Source: an uncultured Desulfosarcina sp. (GTDB lineage: Bacteria > Desulfobacterota > Desulfobacteria > Desulfobacterales > Desulfosarcinaceae). Taken from it: 64,000 nucleotides of DNA. The notes beneath the pieces were generated by a model. It had not been told where the DNA came from and did no database searches. It saw nothing but the letters and a program-made list of their open reading frames with translations. Location: assembly GCA_963674945.2 (NCBI GenBank), contig CAXXWQ010000003.1, positions 640,001-704,000 of the forward strand, given 5' to 3'. The translations under genes and the position numbers were made by a program. The number at the start of each line of letters is the position of its first letter. The first letter of the stretch is position 1. Shown one piece after another: positions 10,356-21,000 of the stretch.

Positions 10356-11354
10356 ATGAAAACCGTCAGCTCCCTCTTGGATGAACACTGGTACGCCAGG
10401 TACAAGCGGATCTCCAAGCTCAACATCAGAAGCTCCATCTACGATGTCACCAATCGATGCAATTTGCGATGCAAGGGGTGCTTCTTCTTCTCTTCCGGCG
10501 AACACCGGGTAGCCAAGGAGGAAATGGATATCACCCGATGGGAAGCCTTCGTGGACGAGGAGGTGGCCCGCGGCGTGAACCTGGCCATTTTAATCGGTGG
10601 TGAACCCACATTGTGCCTGGACCGGGTCGAAGCATTCTACAAACGGCTGCCCACCTTTTGCGCCACCAACGGCCTCATCAAGGTGCCACGGGACCGCCTT
10701 CCCGACATGATGGTGGGCATCAGTCTCTGGGGGGACGAGGAAGACGAGAAGCTGCTCAGGGGAAAAGACGCCTTTTCCATCTCCAGCAAAAACTATGAGG
10801 GAGACCCGCACACCTACTACCTGTATACCATCACCCCCAGGCAGCTTGGAAAGACCGAAAAAATCATCCGAAAGATACGAAACGCGGGCCTCAAGGTCCA
10901 CATGCAATTGCTCTCCAACGACGAAGGCGTAGACGGATTTAACTGGCGACCCGATGAGTTGGTCCAGATCCGCCAGGAGATGGACGAGGTACTCGACCGC
11001 TACCCGGAGACGGTCGTCTCCTGCAAGTACTACCATGAGATCATCACGACGGGAAAGATGCTCGGCAGATCCTTTGGTTGGATGGAATGCCCGTCGGTGA
11101 CAGCTCCCTTGGACAAACGTGATCCCAAACCGAAGCGACTGGCCAACTTCATCCGATGGGCTTCGGATCTTGAGACCATGCACCGATGCTGCACCTCCGA
11201 GACCCGGGACTGCGGCACCTGTAAGGACGGCGCGGCCCACATGAGTTGGGTGATGGTCAACAAACGCGCCCACATGAAGAGCACGAAGGATCTTTGCAAC
11301 TGGATCGAAATTTACGAAATGTTCGCCAAGCTCTATCAGTTTATTCCCTGGTAA
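10356..11354 (+). CDS. Radical SAM protein, paralog of the upstream gene
   Basis: CNLRCKGC, GGEP; C-terminal CCTSETRDCGTC. Confidence 0.85.
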   Translation: MKTVSSLLDEHWYARYKRISKLNIRSSIYDVTNRCNLRCKGCFFFSSGEHRVAKEEMDITRWEAFVDEEVARGVNLAILIGGEPTLCLDRVEAFYKRLPTFCATNGLIKVPRDRLPDMMVGISLWGDEEDEKLLRGKDAFSISSKNYEGDPHTYYLYTITPRQLGKTEKIIRKIRNAGLKVHMQLLSNDEGVDGFNWRPDELVQIRQEMDEVLDRYPETVVSCKYYHEIITTGKMLGRSFGWMECPSVTAPLDKRDPKPKRLANFIRWASDLETMHRCCTSETRDCGTCKDGAAHMSWVMVNKRAHMKSTKDLCNWIEIYEMFAKLYQFIPW

Positions 11355-11430
11355 TGGTTTCCATGAGACATCGACCTTTCGAGAATCCTTCCATCCGGCA
11401 TCACCGGTGCAACCGGGGCAGGTAGACACC

Positions 11431-12687
11431 ATGCCAAGGGACCCTCTTGTCATTCTCGGCTACGATGCCGTCTCCCCATTGGGGATTGCGCTGGATGAGC
11501 AGATGCGGCAAGGGCTTTCCGGAAAGTGCGGTATCGGTCCCCTCACCAGGTTCACACCCGACGACAATTTTCCCGTTCACATCGCCGGACAGGCGCCGGA
11601 TATCGACCACCTTCCCTACCCTTTTGTGACACCCCGGGAACAGGCGCGGTGGCCATCCCCCATTTTCAAATACGCCCTGCTCACCGTGACCCGTGCCTTG
11701 GAAAAAAGCGGCGTGGTCATCACCCCGGATCTCGCCCCCCGGACGGCGGTCACCTTCTCGAGTGCCGTCGGCGGGCTGGATGCCCTTCTCAATGCCGATC
11801 GGAACCTGCGGGATCGGGGCAAACTCCCGCCCCCCTTTGTCAATCCCAACGCCTGCATTAATATGGTGGGCGGAAAGGTCTCCATGCATACCGGCGCCAC
11901 GGGCCCCATCAGCGCCACCATCACGGCCTGTGCCACCGGGCTCACCTCCGTGATCATCGGCGGCATGCTCATCCTTGACAATCGCGCCGATCTGGCCATT
12001 TGCGGCGCCGTGGATTTTCCTTTGACCGAACCCATCGTGGCCGGATTCGGCACCATGGGCGGCGCCTTCATGCCGAAAGAGGGGGAGCCGGAGACGCCGC
12101 CGGAAAAGGCAAGCCGCCCCTTCTCCCACAACCGGCGCGGATTCGTAATATCCGAAGGGGCCGGCTGCATCCTCATCGCCAGAAAATCCTTTGCCAAGGC
12201 CCACGGCCTCTCCGTCAGCGTGGAAATCGCCGGCTGGGCCATGACCGCCGACGCGTTTCACCACGTGGCACCCAACCTTGAGACGGTCCAACGATGCATT
12301 GCCCAAAGCATCGAAAATGCCGGCATCAAACCCAGTCGCATCGACTCGGTCAATGCCCACGCCGCCTCCACCCGAATCGGCGATCAGGTGGAGGCCGAGG
12401 CCCTGCTTCGCGTGTTCGATGGACACCTGCCGCCGATCACGGCGAACAAATCCATGATCGGCCATGCCATGGGCGCCTCTTCCGCCATCGAATCGATCTT
12501 GGCCGCGGAAGCCATGACAAGGGGCATGGTGCTTCCCACCATCAACTATGAGGCGGATCCGGCATTGGGCATCGACAGCGTGGTCACGACCGGGCAGCAG
12601 CTGGACCAGACCTATGTCTTGAAGAACGCATTCGGCTTCGGCGGATGCAATGTGTGTGTGGTGTTTAAGCGGGCGGATGGTGATTGA
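11431..12687 (+). CDS. Beta-ketoacyl-ACP synthase (FabF/FabB family)
   Basis: TACATG, NAHAAST, KSMIGH (Cys-His-His triad), NAFGFGG. Confidence 0.92.
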   Translation: MPRDPLVILGYDAVSPLGIALDEQMRQGLSGKCGIGPLTRFTPDDNFPVHIAGQAPDIDHLPYPFVTPREQARWPSPIFKYALLTVTRALEKSGVVITPDLAPRTAVTFSSAVGGLDALLNADRNLRDRGKLPPPFVNPNACINMVGGKVSMHTGATGPISATITACATGLTSVIIGGMLILDNRADLAICGAVDFPLTEPIVAGFGTMGGAFMPKEGEPETPPEKASRPFSHNRRGFVISEGAGCILIARKSFAKAHGLSVSVEIAGWAMTADAFHHVAPNLETVQRCIAQSIENAGIKPSRIDSVNAHAASTRIGDQVEAEALLRVFDGHLPPITANKSMIGHAMGASSAIESILAAEAMTRGMVLPTINYEADPALGIDSVVTTGQQLDQTYVLKNAFGFGGCNVCVVFKRADGD

Positions 12688-12736
12688 AAATATGGGGGAT
12701 TATTTATTGTTTGAGATAAATCGTGATTAAAAACGA

Positions 12737-12841
12737 AGTTTTAAGTGTTACGTGGTTAAGTGTTAAGTTAAGGTATGCTGCCTATTTAGATAAAATCGAT
12801 TACAATCCTTCCCTTAACACTTAAAACTTAATACTTAACAC
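12737..12841. repeat. Heptamer-arm palindromic intergenic element (AGTGTTA / TAACACT units)
   Basis: Left AGTTTTA AGTGTTA...AGTGTTA; right TAACACT TAAAACT TAATACT TAACAC. Confidence 0.75.
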
Positions 12842-12903
12842 GTTCCCCATAAACGAAAAGCTTTGAAAATGAGTATACACCACCCGAATAGAACAAAAGA
12901 TAC

Positions 12904-14169
12904 ATGAAAAAACCACAAAACAGACGCGTATTTGTCGTCGGCTACGACGCGGTTTCCTGCCTGGGAAACACCTTTGCGGAGACGTGGCGGCGGGCCACGG
13001 CCGGCCAGGCCGGTTTCACACGGCTCACGCGCTGCGAGACCACCTCGCGCAGCAACGTAGTAGGGGAAATTCCCCAATGGAATCCCGCGGCACTGCCCTA
13101 TATCGATAAAATGGACGGTCGCAACTGGGACGCGGATTACGTGCTGCTTACCATGGTGCTCTGCAAACGTGCCGTGGAACACGCGGGGCTCGAAATAGAC
13201 GAGCAGACCGGCCCCAGGACCGCCTGTCTCATCGGATCGGCGCTCAATGGCACCGACGCCTACCGCAAGGCCGTGTCCAACTACCTGGGCCAGGGCCCCA
13301 CAAAGGTCAGCCCCTACCTTCTTCCCAACCTGTGCGCCAATCTGCCGGCGGGAAAGGTCGGCATGATGCTGGGATTTACCGGCCCCATCTTCTCACCCCA
13401 GGGGGCATGCGCATCGGGCAACCATGCCATCGGCATCGGCGCCCGCATGATCCGGGACGGAGATTGCGATTTTGTGCTGGCGGGTGGCGTGGAAACATGC
13501 CTCACCCCGGAAATCATACAGGGATTTGCCAACATGTGGGCCACCATCAAGGTAGGTCCCAACGACCGGGCGTTTGAGGACCCGTCCCAGGCCTCCCGGC
13601 CCTTCTCCGTGGACCGGCGGGGCATCGTCCTCGCCGAAGGTGGGGGGGTACTGGTGCTGGCCGCCGAAGAGGCGGTACGCGACCACGGACTCACCCCAAG
13701 GGCCGAGGTGTTGGGTGTGGGCTGGACATCCGATGCGCACCACTTCACCCTGCCAAACGAAGCGACCATCGTTAAGGCCATCCGTGATGCCATCGAAGAT
13801 GCCCAGATCCCGCCCACGGAGATCGGCTATGTGAACGCCCACGGCACTTCCACCATAAAAGGGGATGCAGTGGAGATCCAGAGCCTTCGACAAGTGTTCG
13901 GAAAAAAGCTCTCCACCATCCTGGTATCGTCCAACAAGTCCCAGATCGGTCACACCTTAGGGGCTTCCGCTGCGATCGAAGCGGCGCTTTCCATCGAGGG
14001 AATGCAAAAAGGCGTGGTGTTGCCCACGGTCAACCACATCCCGGACCCCCAATTTGACGACGTGGATGTGGTGCCCAACGAGGCGCGTCGACACGATCAT
14101 CACACCATCTTGTCCAACGCCTTTGGTTTCGGCGGGACAAACTGCTGCATCGTCTTTCGAAAGGTATGA
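12904..14169 (+). CDS. Beta-ketoacyl-ACP synthase (FabF family)
   Basis: GACASG, NAHGTST, KSQIGH, SNAFGFGG. Confidence 0.93.
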   Translation: MKKPQNRRVFVVGYDAVSCLGNTFAETWRRATAGQAGFTRLTRCETTSRSNVVGEIPQWNPAALPYIDKMDGRNWDADYVLLTMVLCKRAVEHAGLEIDEQTGPRTACLIGSALNGTDAYRKAVSNYLGQGPTKVSPYLLPNLCANLPAGKVGMMLGFTGPIFSPQGACASGNHAIGIGARMIRDGDCDFVLAGGVETCLTPEIIQGFANMWATIKVGPNDRAFEDPSQASRPFSVDRRGIVLAEGGGVLVLAAEEAVRDHGLTPRAEVLGVGWTSDAHHFTLPNEATIVKAIRDAIEDAQIPPTEIGYVNAHGTSTIKGDAVEIQSLRQVFGKKLSTILVSSNKSQIGHTLGASAAIEAALSIEGMQKGVVLPTVNHIPDPQFDDVDVVPNEARRHDHHTILSNAFGFGGTNCCIVFRKV

Positions 14170-14170
14170 G

Positions 14171-14653
14171 ATGAGACCCAAGCCATTCGTTCCGGAACCG
14201 GTCAATGGACAGCCGCGATTTGTCCGGGATCGTACCAGCGGTCTGGTCTGGCATCGATGCGAGACCCGTACCCTCTATGCGGACACGGACCGATCCCAGG
14301 TGGTCTACCATGCCAATTACCTTCGCTACTTCGAATTCGGCAGGGCCACCCTCATGCGAGACGTGGCCTACCCCTACCGGGAGGTAGAGGCCGGCGGTTT
14401 TCTCTATCCCATCATCAAGGTGGACATCGACTACTACCGGCCGCTTCACTACGACGAGGCCATGTGGGTCCATACCCGCCCCGCCAAGCTGGAACGGGTC
14501 CGGCTCCAGTTCGACTATGTGATCACCCACGTGGAATCCGGCGACATCGTGTGCAAGGGATTCACCCGCCATTGTGCCGTCAACGCCTCGGGCACCCCGG
14601 TGGGGGTGGACCCGAAAACCGTCCGCCTCTGGGAGGTCTTCCCGGAACCGTGA
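14171..14653 (+). CDS. YbgC/4HBT-family acyl thioesterase
   Basis: YADTDRSQVVYHANYLRYFEFGR. Confidence 0.88.
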   Translation: MRPKPFVPEPVNGQPRFVRDRTSGLVWHRCETRTLYADTDRSQVVYHANYLRYFEFGRATLMRDVAYPYREVEAGGFLYPIIKVDIDYYRPLHYDEAMWVHTRPAKLERVRLQFDYVITHVESGDIVCKGFTRHCAVNASGTPVGVDPKTVRLWEVFPEP

Positions 14654-16149
14654 AGCCTGCCCTCCATCCCATATCACTTGCGTATCCGCCCTTTTTCCAG
14701 GACCACCACGTCGGGGGCCGGCCTGTATTGGCGGCAATGGAGGCCATGGAGCTTCTGGCGAAAAACCTCTGTCGGCGATTTCCGGGACACGAATGCCGGG
14801 ATCTGACCGAAATCCGATTCGATAAATTCCTCTATCTGGAAGAGAAAGCGCCCCGCCATCTCTTCCACGAAACGACCCGGACCGGCGATGGTACTCTTCG
14901 CACGACCTTGACCACCCGTTTTCGATCACCAAATGCCCGAATCCGTCGCACCCTGACCCACGCCGGCCTGACGGTGGGCCGGGGAATACCGGAATTGCCC
15001 CGGTACCCCATGGAATCCGCTGCAAGCCTGACCAATCCCTGCGTCCGGGTGGATCCGGACCGGATCTACCGGGATATGGTTCCCTTTGGCCCGGCATATC
15101 GAAACATCGTCACGCCGCTGTTGATCTCCCCGGACGGCGCCCTGGCCCGGGTGGGGTCGCCGGTTGCGCAGGATCCACGCGCCGATCTGTTGCTGGGATC
15201 GCCATATGTCCCGGACGCGGCCCTTCACGCCTGCTGCGTCTGGTGCCAGCGCTATCACGGCATCGTGACCTTCCCCGTATCCATGGATCGACGCACGGTC
15301 ATACGCCCCACACGGATGGATGACCGCTACACGGCACGGGTGGTGCCCAAAAAGATCGACGGAGAAATCTTTTGGTTCGACGTTCATATCTACGACGATG
15401 ACGGCAACCTTCGGGAATGGATGACGGATGTCTGCATGAAAGACGTCAGCGGCGGCCGGTTGAAACCGCCGGATGGATTCCGGCAGCCCGCCGCGGATGC
15501 GCCCCTGGACACCCTGGCGAAACATCTTCGGGGCCTGATTCTCGTGGAACGCGACGCACTCGCGCCCTTTGCCGAAAAGGCCTTGTCGGAAAAAGAGCAG
15601 CGGCGCCTTACCCCCATGGTCCCGGACCGTGCCGGGGAATACTTGTCGGCCCGGGTGGCCCTCAAGCGTCTGAGCCGGCGGCTCTCACCGGAGGGAGATC
15701 GCCGGCACGCCGGGGACATCGAGACCGTTGCCGAAGATGGCGTCCGCCCCCAATGCCCCTTGGGTGACGGAACCACCCCCTTTTGCAGCGTCGCCCACGA
15801 CCGTCGCTTCACCATCGCCGTCTGTGCCGATCATCGGGTAGGTGTGGATGTGGAACCCGAGAACCGGTCTCCCGGTAGGGCCCTGCATCTTTTTACCGAT
15901 GCCGATGAACGGGCCGTGATCGATTCGGCCGGATTCGATCGGACGGCGGGCGCCCTTCGCATCTGGAGCGTCAAGGAGGCAGCGGCCAAGGCACTGGGAA
16001 TGGATCTGTCCGAAGCATGGGAGCGTGTGCGTGCCACAATGGTCGCCTCCGGATGCACCCGACTTTCCGTGGATGGGGAAAAACCGCTTTCGGCCCGCCA
16101 CGTTTCTCTGGAAGGTCACCTCTTCACCCTGTTGGAGGTTCTCCCGTGA
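14650..16149 (+). CDS. PKS-type dehydratase domain fused to Sfp-type 4'-phosphopantetheinyl transferase
   Basis: N-terminal DHHVGGRPVL and DAALH; C-terminal SVAH, VGVDVE, WSVKEAAAKA; GTG start overlaps thioesterase stop. Confidence 0.78.
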   Translation: MKPALHPISLAYPPFFQDHHVGGRPVLAAMEAMELLAKNLCRRFPGHECRDLTEIRFDKFLYLEEKAPRHLFHETTRTGDGTLRTTLTTRFRSPNARIRRTLTHAGLTVGRGIPELPRYPMESAASLTNPCVRVDPDRIYRDMVPFGPAYRNIVTPLLISPDGALARVGSPVAQDPRADLLLGSPYVPDAALHACCVWCQRYHGIVTFPVSMDRRTVIRPTRMDDRYTARVVPKKIDGEIFWFDVHIYDDDGNLREWMTDVCMKDVSGGRLKPPDGFRQPAADAPLDTLAKHLRGLILVERDALAPFAEKALSEKEQRRLTPMVPDRAGEYLSARVALKRLSRRLSPEGDRRHAGDIETVAEDGVRPQCPLGDGTTPFCSVAHDRRFTIAVCADHRVGVDVEPENRSPGRALHLFTDADERAVIDSAGFDRTAGALRIWSVKEAAAKALGMDLSEAWERVRATMVASGCTRLSVDGEKPLSARHVSLEGHLFTLLEVLP

Positions 16150-16727
16150 CAACGATTGCGATGTTTGTCGCCATGTTCGCCATCGCCTATGTGGCAGGTT
16201 CAATCAACTTTTCCATCCTGGTGTTTCGTCTCACGGGCCGTGACGATCCACGAAACCACGGCAGCGGCAATCCCGGTGCCACCAATGTCTACCGGCAGGC
16301 GGGACTCGGCTGGGCCGCGGCGGTTCTGCTCCTGGACATGGGGCGTGCCGTGGCCGTGGCCCTTTTGGCCAGGGCCAATCTACCGTTCTGGCAGGTTCCC
16401 TGGGTGGGATTGGGACTGATTCTGGGCAATCGCTTTCCCTGTTTTCACAGGTTTACGGGGGGAAAGGGGGTGGCCAACTATCTGGGATTCACCCTGGCCA
16501 TCGCGCCGCTTTCCGCCGGCATCGGGGTGCTTGCCTGGGCGGGCGCGCATTTGATCTGGCGAACGCCTTTTCTTTCATCCTTTGCCATGGTCTTTGTGCT
16601 GGCCGCGGGAACCGCTATGGGAGGATCGGGCCAATGGCAGGAAACCGTCGGCATCGGAGCGACCGTTCTTTTCATCGTGGCCTGCCACCACAGGAACATC
16701 CGGCAACGATGGAGACGGCAAGGGTAA
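16146..16727 (+). CDS. plsY: Glycerol-3-phosphate acyltransferase PlsY
   Basis: GSINFS...GSGNPGATNVYR...GGKGVA...HHRNI. Confidence 0.88.
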   Translation: MTTIAMFVAMFAIAYVAGSINFSILVFRLTGRDDPRNHGSGNPGATNVYRQAGLGWAAAVLLLDMGRAVAVALLARANLPFWQVPWVGLGLILGNRFPCFHRFTGGKGVANYLGFTLAIAPLSAGIGVLAWAGAHLIWRTPFLSSFAMVFVLAAGTAMGGSGQWQETVGIGATVLFIVACHHRNIRQRWRRQG

Positions 16728-17123
16728 TCCACAGTGAGCCATGAGCCGCGCCATGCCCTGGCAGACGGCCCAGCGAAAAAAAATCCAGGAGTATTTGGCG
16801 CCGGCCAGGTACATGCCCGCCAAGAATACGAGGTGGGAAATTCCATAGGCCAACGGTCCGCCCACGACGACGATGGCGGCCTGCTGATAGTGAACGGCGG
16901 CGATGCCGAGCAGGCCGATGAGGGGCCATCCCAGAAGATAGCTCAGGCCGATGGCCGATACGCCAAGGAGCACACGAAGATCCGGAGGCCGTCGAAAGGC
17001 GGAGAGATCCGCCCGGTCGGCAATGGCAGATCGCACGAAACCAACCTTCGATATACGAAAAACGATGGGTTTTGCCAGAGAGGACAAAATGTCCGGGATA
17101 TTTTTCCAGGCGTCCATGAACAC
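16575..17123 (-). CDS. Hypothetical membrane protein (antisense, overlaps plsY 3' end)
   Basis: Two to three hydrophobic segments (LLGVSAIGLSYLLGWPLIGLLG; GGPLAYGISHLVFLAGMYL); fills an otherwise empty gap. Confidence 0.55.
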   Translation of the reverse strand: MFMDAWKNIPDILSSLAKPIVFRISKVGFVRSAIADRADLSAFRRPPDLRVLLGVSAIGLSYLLGWPLIGLLGIAAVHYQQAAIVVVGGPLAYGISHLVFLAGMYLAGAKYSWIFFRWAVCQGMARLMAHCGLPLPSPSLPDVPVVAGHDEKNGRSDADGFLPLARSSHSGSRGQHKDHGKG

Positions 17124-17249
17124 TCGTGAGTTACGGTTCGATCGCAGCAGTCAGCTTTCAGCAAATGGCTAATCGCTCCAGTACGAGAAAATAACGCACA
17201 ATGGATAAAAATCAAAGCCACAAAACAGTCGGCCGCCCCAAACCGGCCA

Positions 17250-18008
17250 TTGAATCGTAAGATGCAAGAATTGTCCGCCACCGACAACCGGACCGGCCGA
17301 CTCTCCGAAATCTGGGGACGAATCGACAGGATTTTCTGTATCTCCCTGAAAGAGAGAAAGGATCGTCAGGAGAGCGCCGGAAAGCAATTCGCCCGGGCAG
17401 GGCTTTCGGGCCATGTGGACTTTTTCCTGACCCGGCGCCACCCCGACGATTGTGAACAGGGGATCTTCGAGTCCCATCAGCACTGCCTTGCACGTGCCCT
17501 GGAAAAAGATGCGCGGCACGTCCTCATCTTCGAAGACGATGTAATTTTCTCCCGCATCGACCCGGTCCGTCTTTCTGCCGCCATCGATGCATTCATGGAC
17601 CGGGATGACTGCCAGATTCTCTTTCTGGGATGCCTGTGTGAAAAAAGCCGGAAATCGGACATGCCCGGCATTCGAAAAATCCGATACGCCTGCCTGGCCC
17701 ACGCCTACCTGGTCAAGGAGAAGCTGGCCAGACGAATATGCGGACAGTCCTGGGAAAAAACGCCCTATGACAACATGCTGCGTCAGTGCATGGACTGGGC
17801 CTGGGTCATGTTTCCGTCCATTGCCTTTCAGAGCAATTCGCCTTCGGACAACACCCGGCACGCTCTTCTGGAAAACGTCCGGCGCCTCTTCGGCGGCCTG
17901 AAAACCATCCAGATTGTCAACGAACGCTACCACCGGTTCCGGGCACCGATCATCGCGTTTCACCTGTTGATCGTTTCCGCGCTGATCCTGTGGATGGTCT
18001 TGCCATGA
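17250..18008 (+). CDS. Glycosyltransferase family 25
   Basis: IFCISLKERKDR, SHQHC, LIFEDD; C-terminal TM segment. Confidence 0.8.
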   Translation: MNRKMQELSATDNRTGRLSEIWGRIDRIFCISLKERKDRQESAGKQFARAGLSGHVDFFLTRRHPDDCEQGIFESHQHCLARALEKDARHVLIFEDDVIFSRIDPVRLSAAIDAFMDRDDCQILFLGCLCEKSRKSDMPGIRKIRYACLAHAYLVKEKLARRICGQSWEKTPYDNMLRQCMDWAWVMFPSIAFQSNSPSDNTRHALLENVRRLFGGLKTIQIVNERYHRFRAPIIAFHLLIVSALILWMVLP

Positions 18009-21000
18009 AACGCAACCGTTCCATCAACATCACCATGCTGGCAAGTGTGATCATCGTCGCCGCCATTCTCCTTTTCGTCGCCCTCTCCCGCCTTACCATC
18101 GAAACGGACATCGTCGCCAGCCTGCCCACGGATGACCCGGTAATCGCAGACGGCGTCCACATCTTCGAAAACAATCCCGTCAAGGATCAGATCGCCATCG
18201 ACATCGGCAACGACACGGGAGACCGCAAGGCCCTTATGGCCGCTGCAACGCTCGTCGAGACGCATCTATTGAAAAGCGATCTGTTCGAAAAAGTCGGCTA
18301 TGAGCCCGTTGCCCGGGGGCTGGCCGCGCTGTCGGATCATGTCATGAACAGCCTGCCCGTTCTGTTTGCCGCCGACGAACTGCAAACGAAGGTGGCGCCC
18401 CTGCTTTCCGAAGCCGCCATCGGAAAGTCACTGGCCGACGCACGAGACCGGCTCTACCAGATGGACGGCATCGGCCAGGCGTCGGCCATATCCGCCGATC
18501 CGCTGGGATTTTCCCATCTCCTCCTTTCCCGTTTGACCGCGCTGAATCCCGCTCCGGGCGCATCCATCTCCAAGGGACACATTCTATCGGCCGACGGACA
18601 CCATCTGCTGGTGCTGGCCACGCCCGCCGGATCGGGAACGGACACGAAGCTGGCCAGGGATCTGACCCGATTTTTCCAGGACCTGGAATCGGCCGTGGCC
18701 CTTCGATGCGGCGACGATATACGCCTTACACCCACCGGCGCCTTCCGGGCGGCCCTGGACAACGAAACCATCGTCCGGTCCGACGTGAACCGGGCCATCG
18801 TGTGGGCCACCGTGGGCATCGGCCTGCTTCTGCTCTCGGCCTTTTCCCGCCCCCTCATGGGCCTTCTCGCCCTTCTTCCGGCCCTTGCCGGGACGGTCAT
18901 GGCCCTCTTTTTCTTTTCCCTGGTCCACGACAGCATCTCCATCATGGTGCTGGGTTTCGGCGGCGCCGTCATCTCCATCACCGTCGATCACGGCATCGCC
19001 TACATGCTCTTTGTGGATGGTGGGGGCGCCTGGAACCAAAAAGCGGCATCCCGGGAGATTCGGGCCGTGGGACTGCTGGCGGTTCTCACCTCCGTCGGTG
19101 CATTCACCGTGCTGGCCTTTTCCGGTTTCGCCGTCTTCGAACAGCTGGGCTGGTTTACCGCATCGGGGATCGGCTGTGCCTTTGCATTCGTCCACCTCGT
19201 GCAACCCAGGCTCCTGATCACATCCGAGAGGGCCACGACGCCTGCCCGGAAACGCTTTTCCATGATCGTGGACCGGCTGGCATCCACCGGTATCGTCGGG
19301 CTGACACTGGCCGCTCTCCTGGCAGTGGTGCTGGCCTTTTTTATTCGTCCCCATTTCAACACCGATCTTACGGCCATGAACACGGTCAGCGAAAAGACGC
19401 GCGCCGCCGACCGGTTGATGGCCGACGTCTGGGGCGATATCTTCTCCAATGTCTACCTGATGAACGAAGCGGACGATCCGGCGGCACTTGCAGAAAAAAA
19501 TGACAGGATACAGCGTGTGCTGGAAAACGAATCGACCGCCGGCCGCATCGGCCCCGTGGTCACCCCCGCTCTTTTCTTCCCAGGACCGGACCGCCGGGAA
19601 AAAAATCTTACCGACTGGCGCCGGTTCTGGACCCGGGAGCGGACCCGGCGTGTCATCGAGACGGTGAAACGAGAAGGCCGGGCTCTTGGATTTGCCGATA
19701 CGGCCTTCGAACCATTTTTCGACCGCCTGACCCATCCAACGGTGAAAAATTTCAGCATGGGACCTGCAATACGGGCCCTGATGGGCATCGCCCACGATTC
19801 GTCCGACGGAAAGTGGCGGCAGGTCACCCGGGTCCTCCCCCGCGACACCTTCAATCATCAGGCGTTTTACGACCGCGTGTCCGCCTCATGTGCCGTGTTC
19901 GACCCCGTACTCTTTTCCCGGCACATGGGGGACCTTCTTTTCTCCACCTTCATGAAGATGCTGCTGATCATCGCGGCAAGCCTGATTGTCCTGATCTCTC
20001 TCTTTTTCGTTGACGCGGGGCTCGTACTCATCTCTTTGCTGCCCCTTTCCTTTGCCTTCGTCTGCACCCTGGGCACCCTGGGAATCATGGACCGGCCCCT
20101 GGACATCCCGTCCCTCATGCTGTCGGTGGTCATCCTGGGAATGGGCGTTGATTATACCTTGTTTCTGGTTCGGGGCTACCAGCGCTACCGGCGTTTCGAC
20201 CATCCGGGATTCGCCGTGGTCCGAACGGCGGTGGCCATGGCCGCGGGTTCCACCCTCATCGGCTTCGCCGTGCTGGTGGGTGCCGATCATGACCTTCTCA
20301 AAAGCGCGGGATGGATCTGTCTTTGCGGCATCGGCTACTGTCTGGCGGGCGCCTTTCTGATCCTTCCCCCATTTTTACGGAAACGATTCGAAGCGCCCGT
20401 GGACGACACGGGTGGAATCGAGAGACGATACAGGAACATGGAGCCTTACCCGCGCCTCTTCGCCCGGTTCAAACGGCGGTTGGACCCCCTGTTCGACGAA
20501 ATTGCCCATCTGGTGCCGGCGGACAACACTCTTTCCCATATCCTGGACATCGGTTGCGGCTACGGTGTTCCGGCCTGCTGGATGGCCGAACGCTTTCCCG
20601 GGGCCGTGATCCACGGCATCGAACCGAAACCGGAACGGGTACGGGTGGCGGCCCTGGCCCTCGGCGACCGCGGCCAAATCGTGGTCGGCGCGGCCCCCGA
20701 CCTGCCGCCGGTGGATGCGCCGATGGACCTGGCCACCTTGTTGGACATGAGCCACTACCTGACGGATCGTCAGTTGGAGACGACGCTGGAGTGCATCCGC
20801 AGCCACCTGTCGCCCAAAGGAACGCTGATCGTTCGATCGGTGATGCCCCCTTTTGCCCGGCCCCACTGGACCTGGTACCTGGAACATGTCAAACTTCGCA
20901 TCAATGGAATTCGTGTTTGCTATCGGCGCCCGGATCAGGTAGAAAAAATTTTTCGTAAGTGCGGATTCGAGGTCGTACAGAGCCTTTCTTCAGGAAAGCG

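Noticed and set aside
11431..12687. First KS as a non-catalytic chain-length factor
   Set aside because: It retains the catalytic Cys and both His residues
14257..14649. N-terminal extension of the 630-aa ORF
   Set aside because: Overlaps the thioesterase gene; the GTG at 14650 coupled to the thioesterase stop is the more plausible start
6867..20887. Long antisense or alternate-frame ORFs (e.g. 6867-7721, 11401-12465, 14030-15097, 18584-19858)
   Set aside because: Shadow ORFs of GC-rich genes that have clear motifs on the other strand; no recognisable domains
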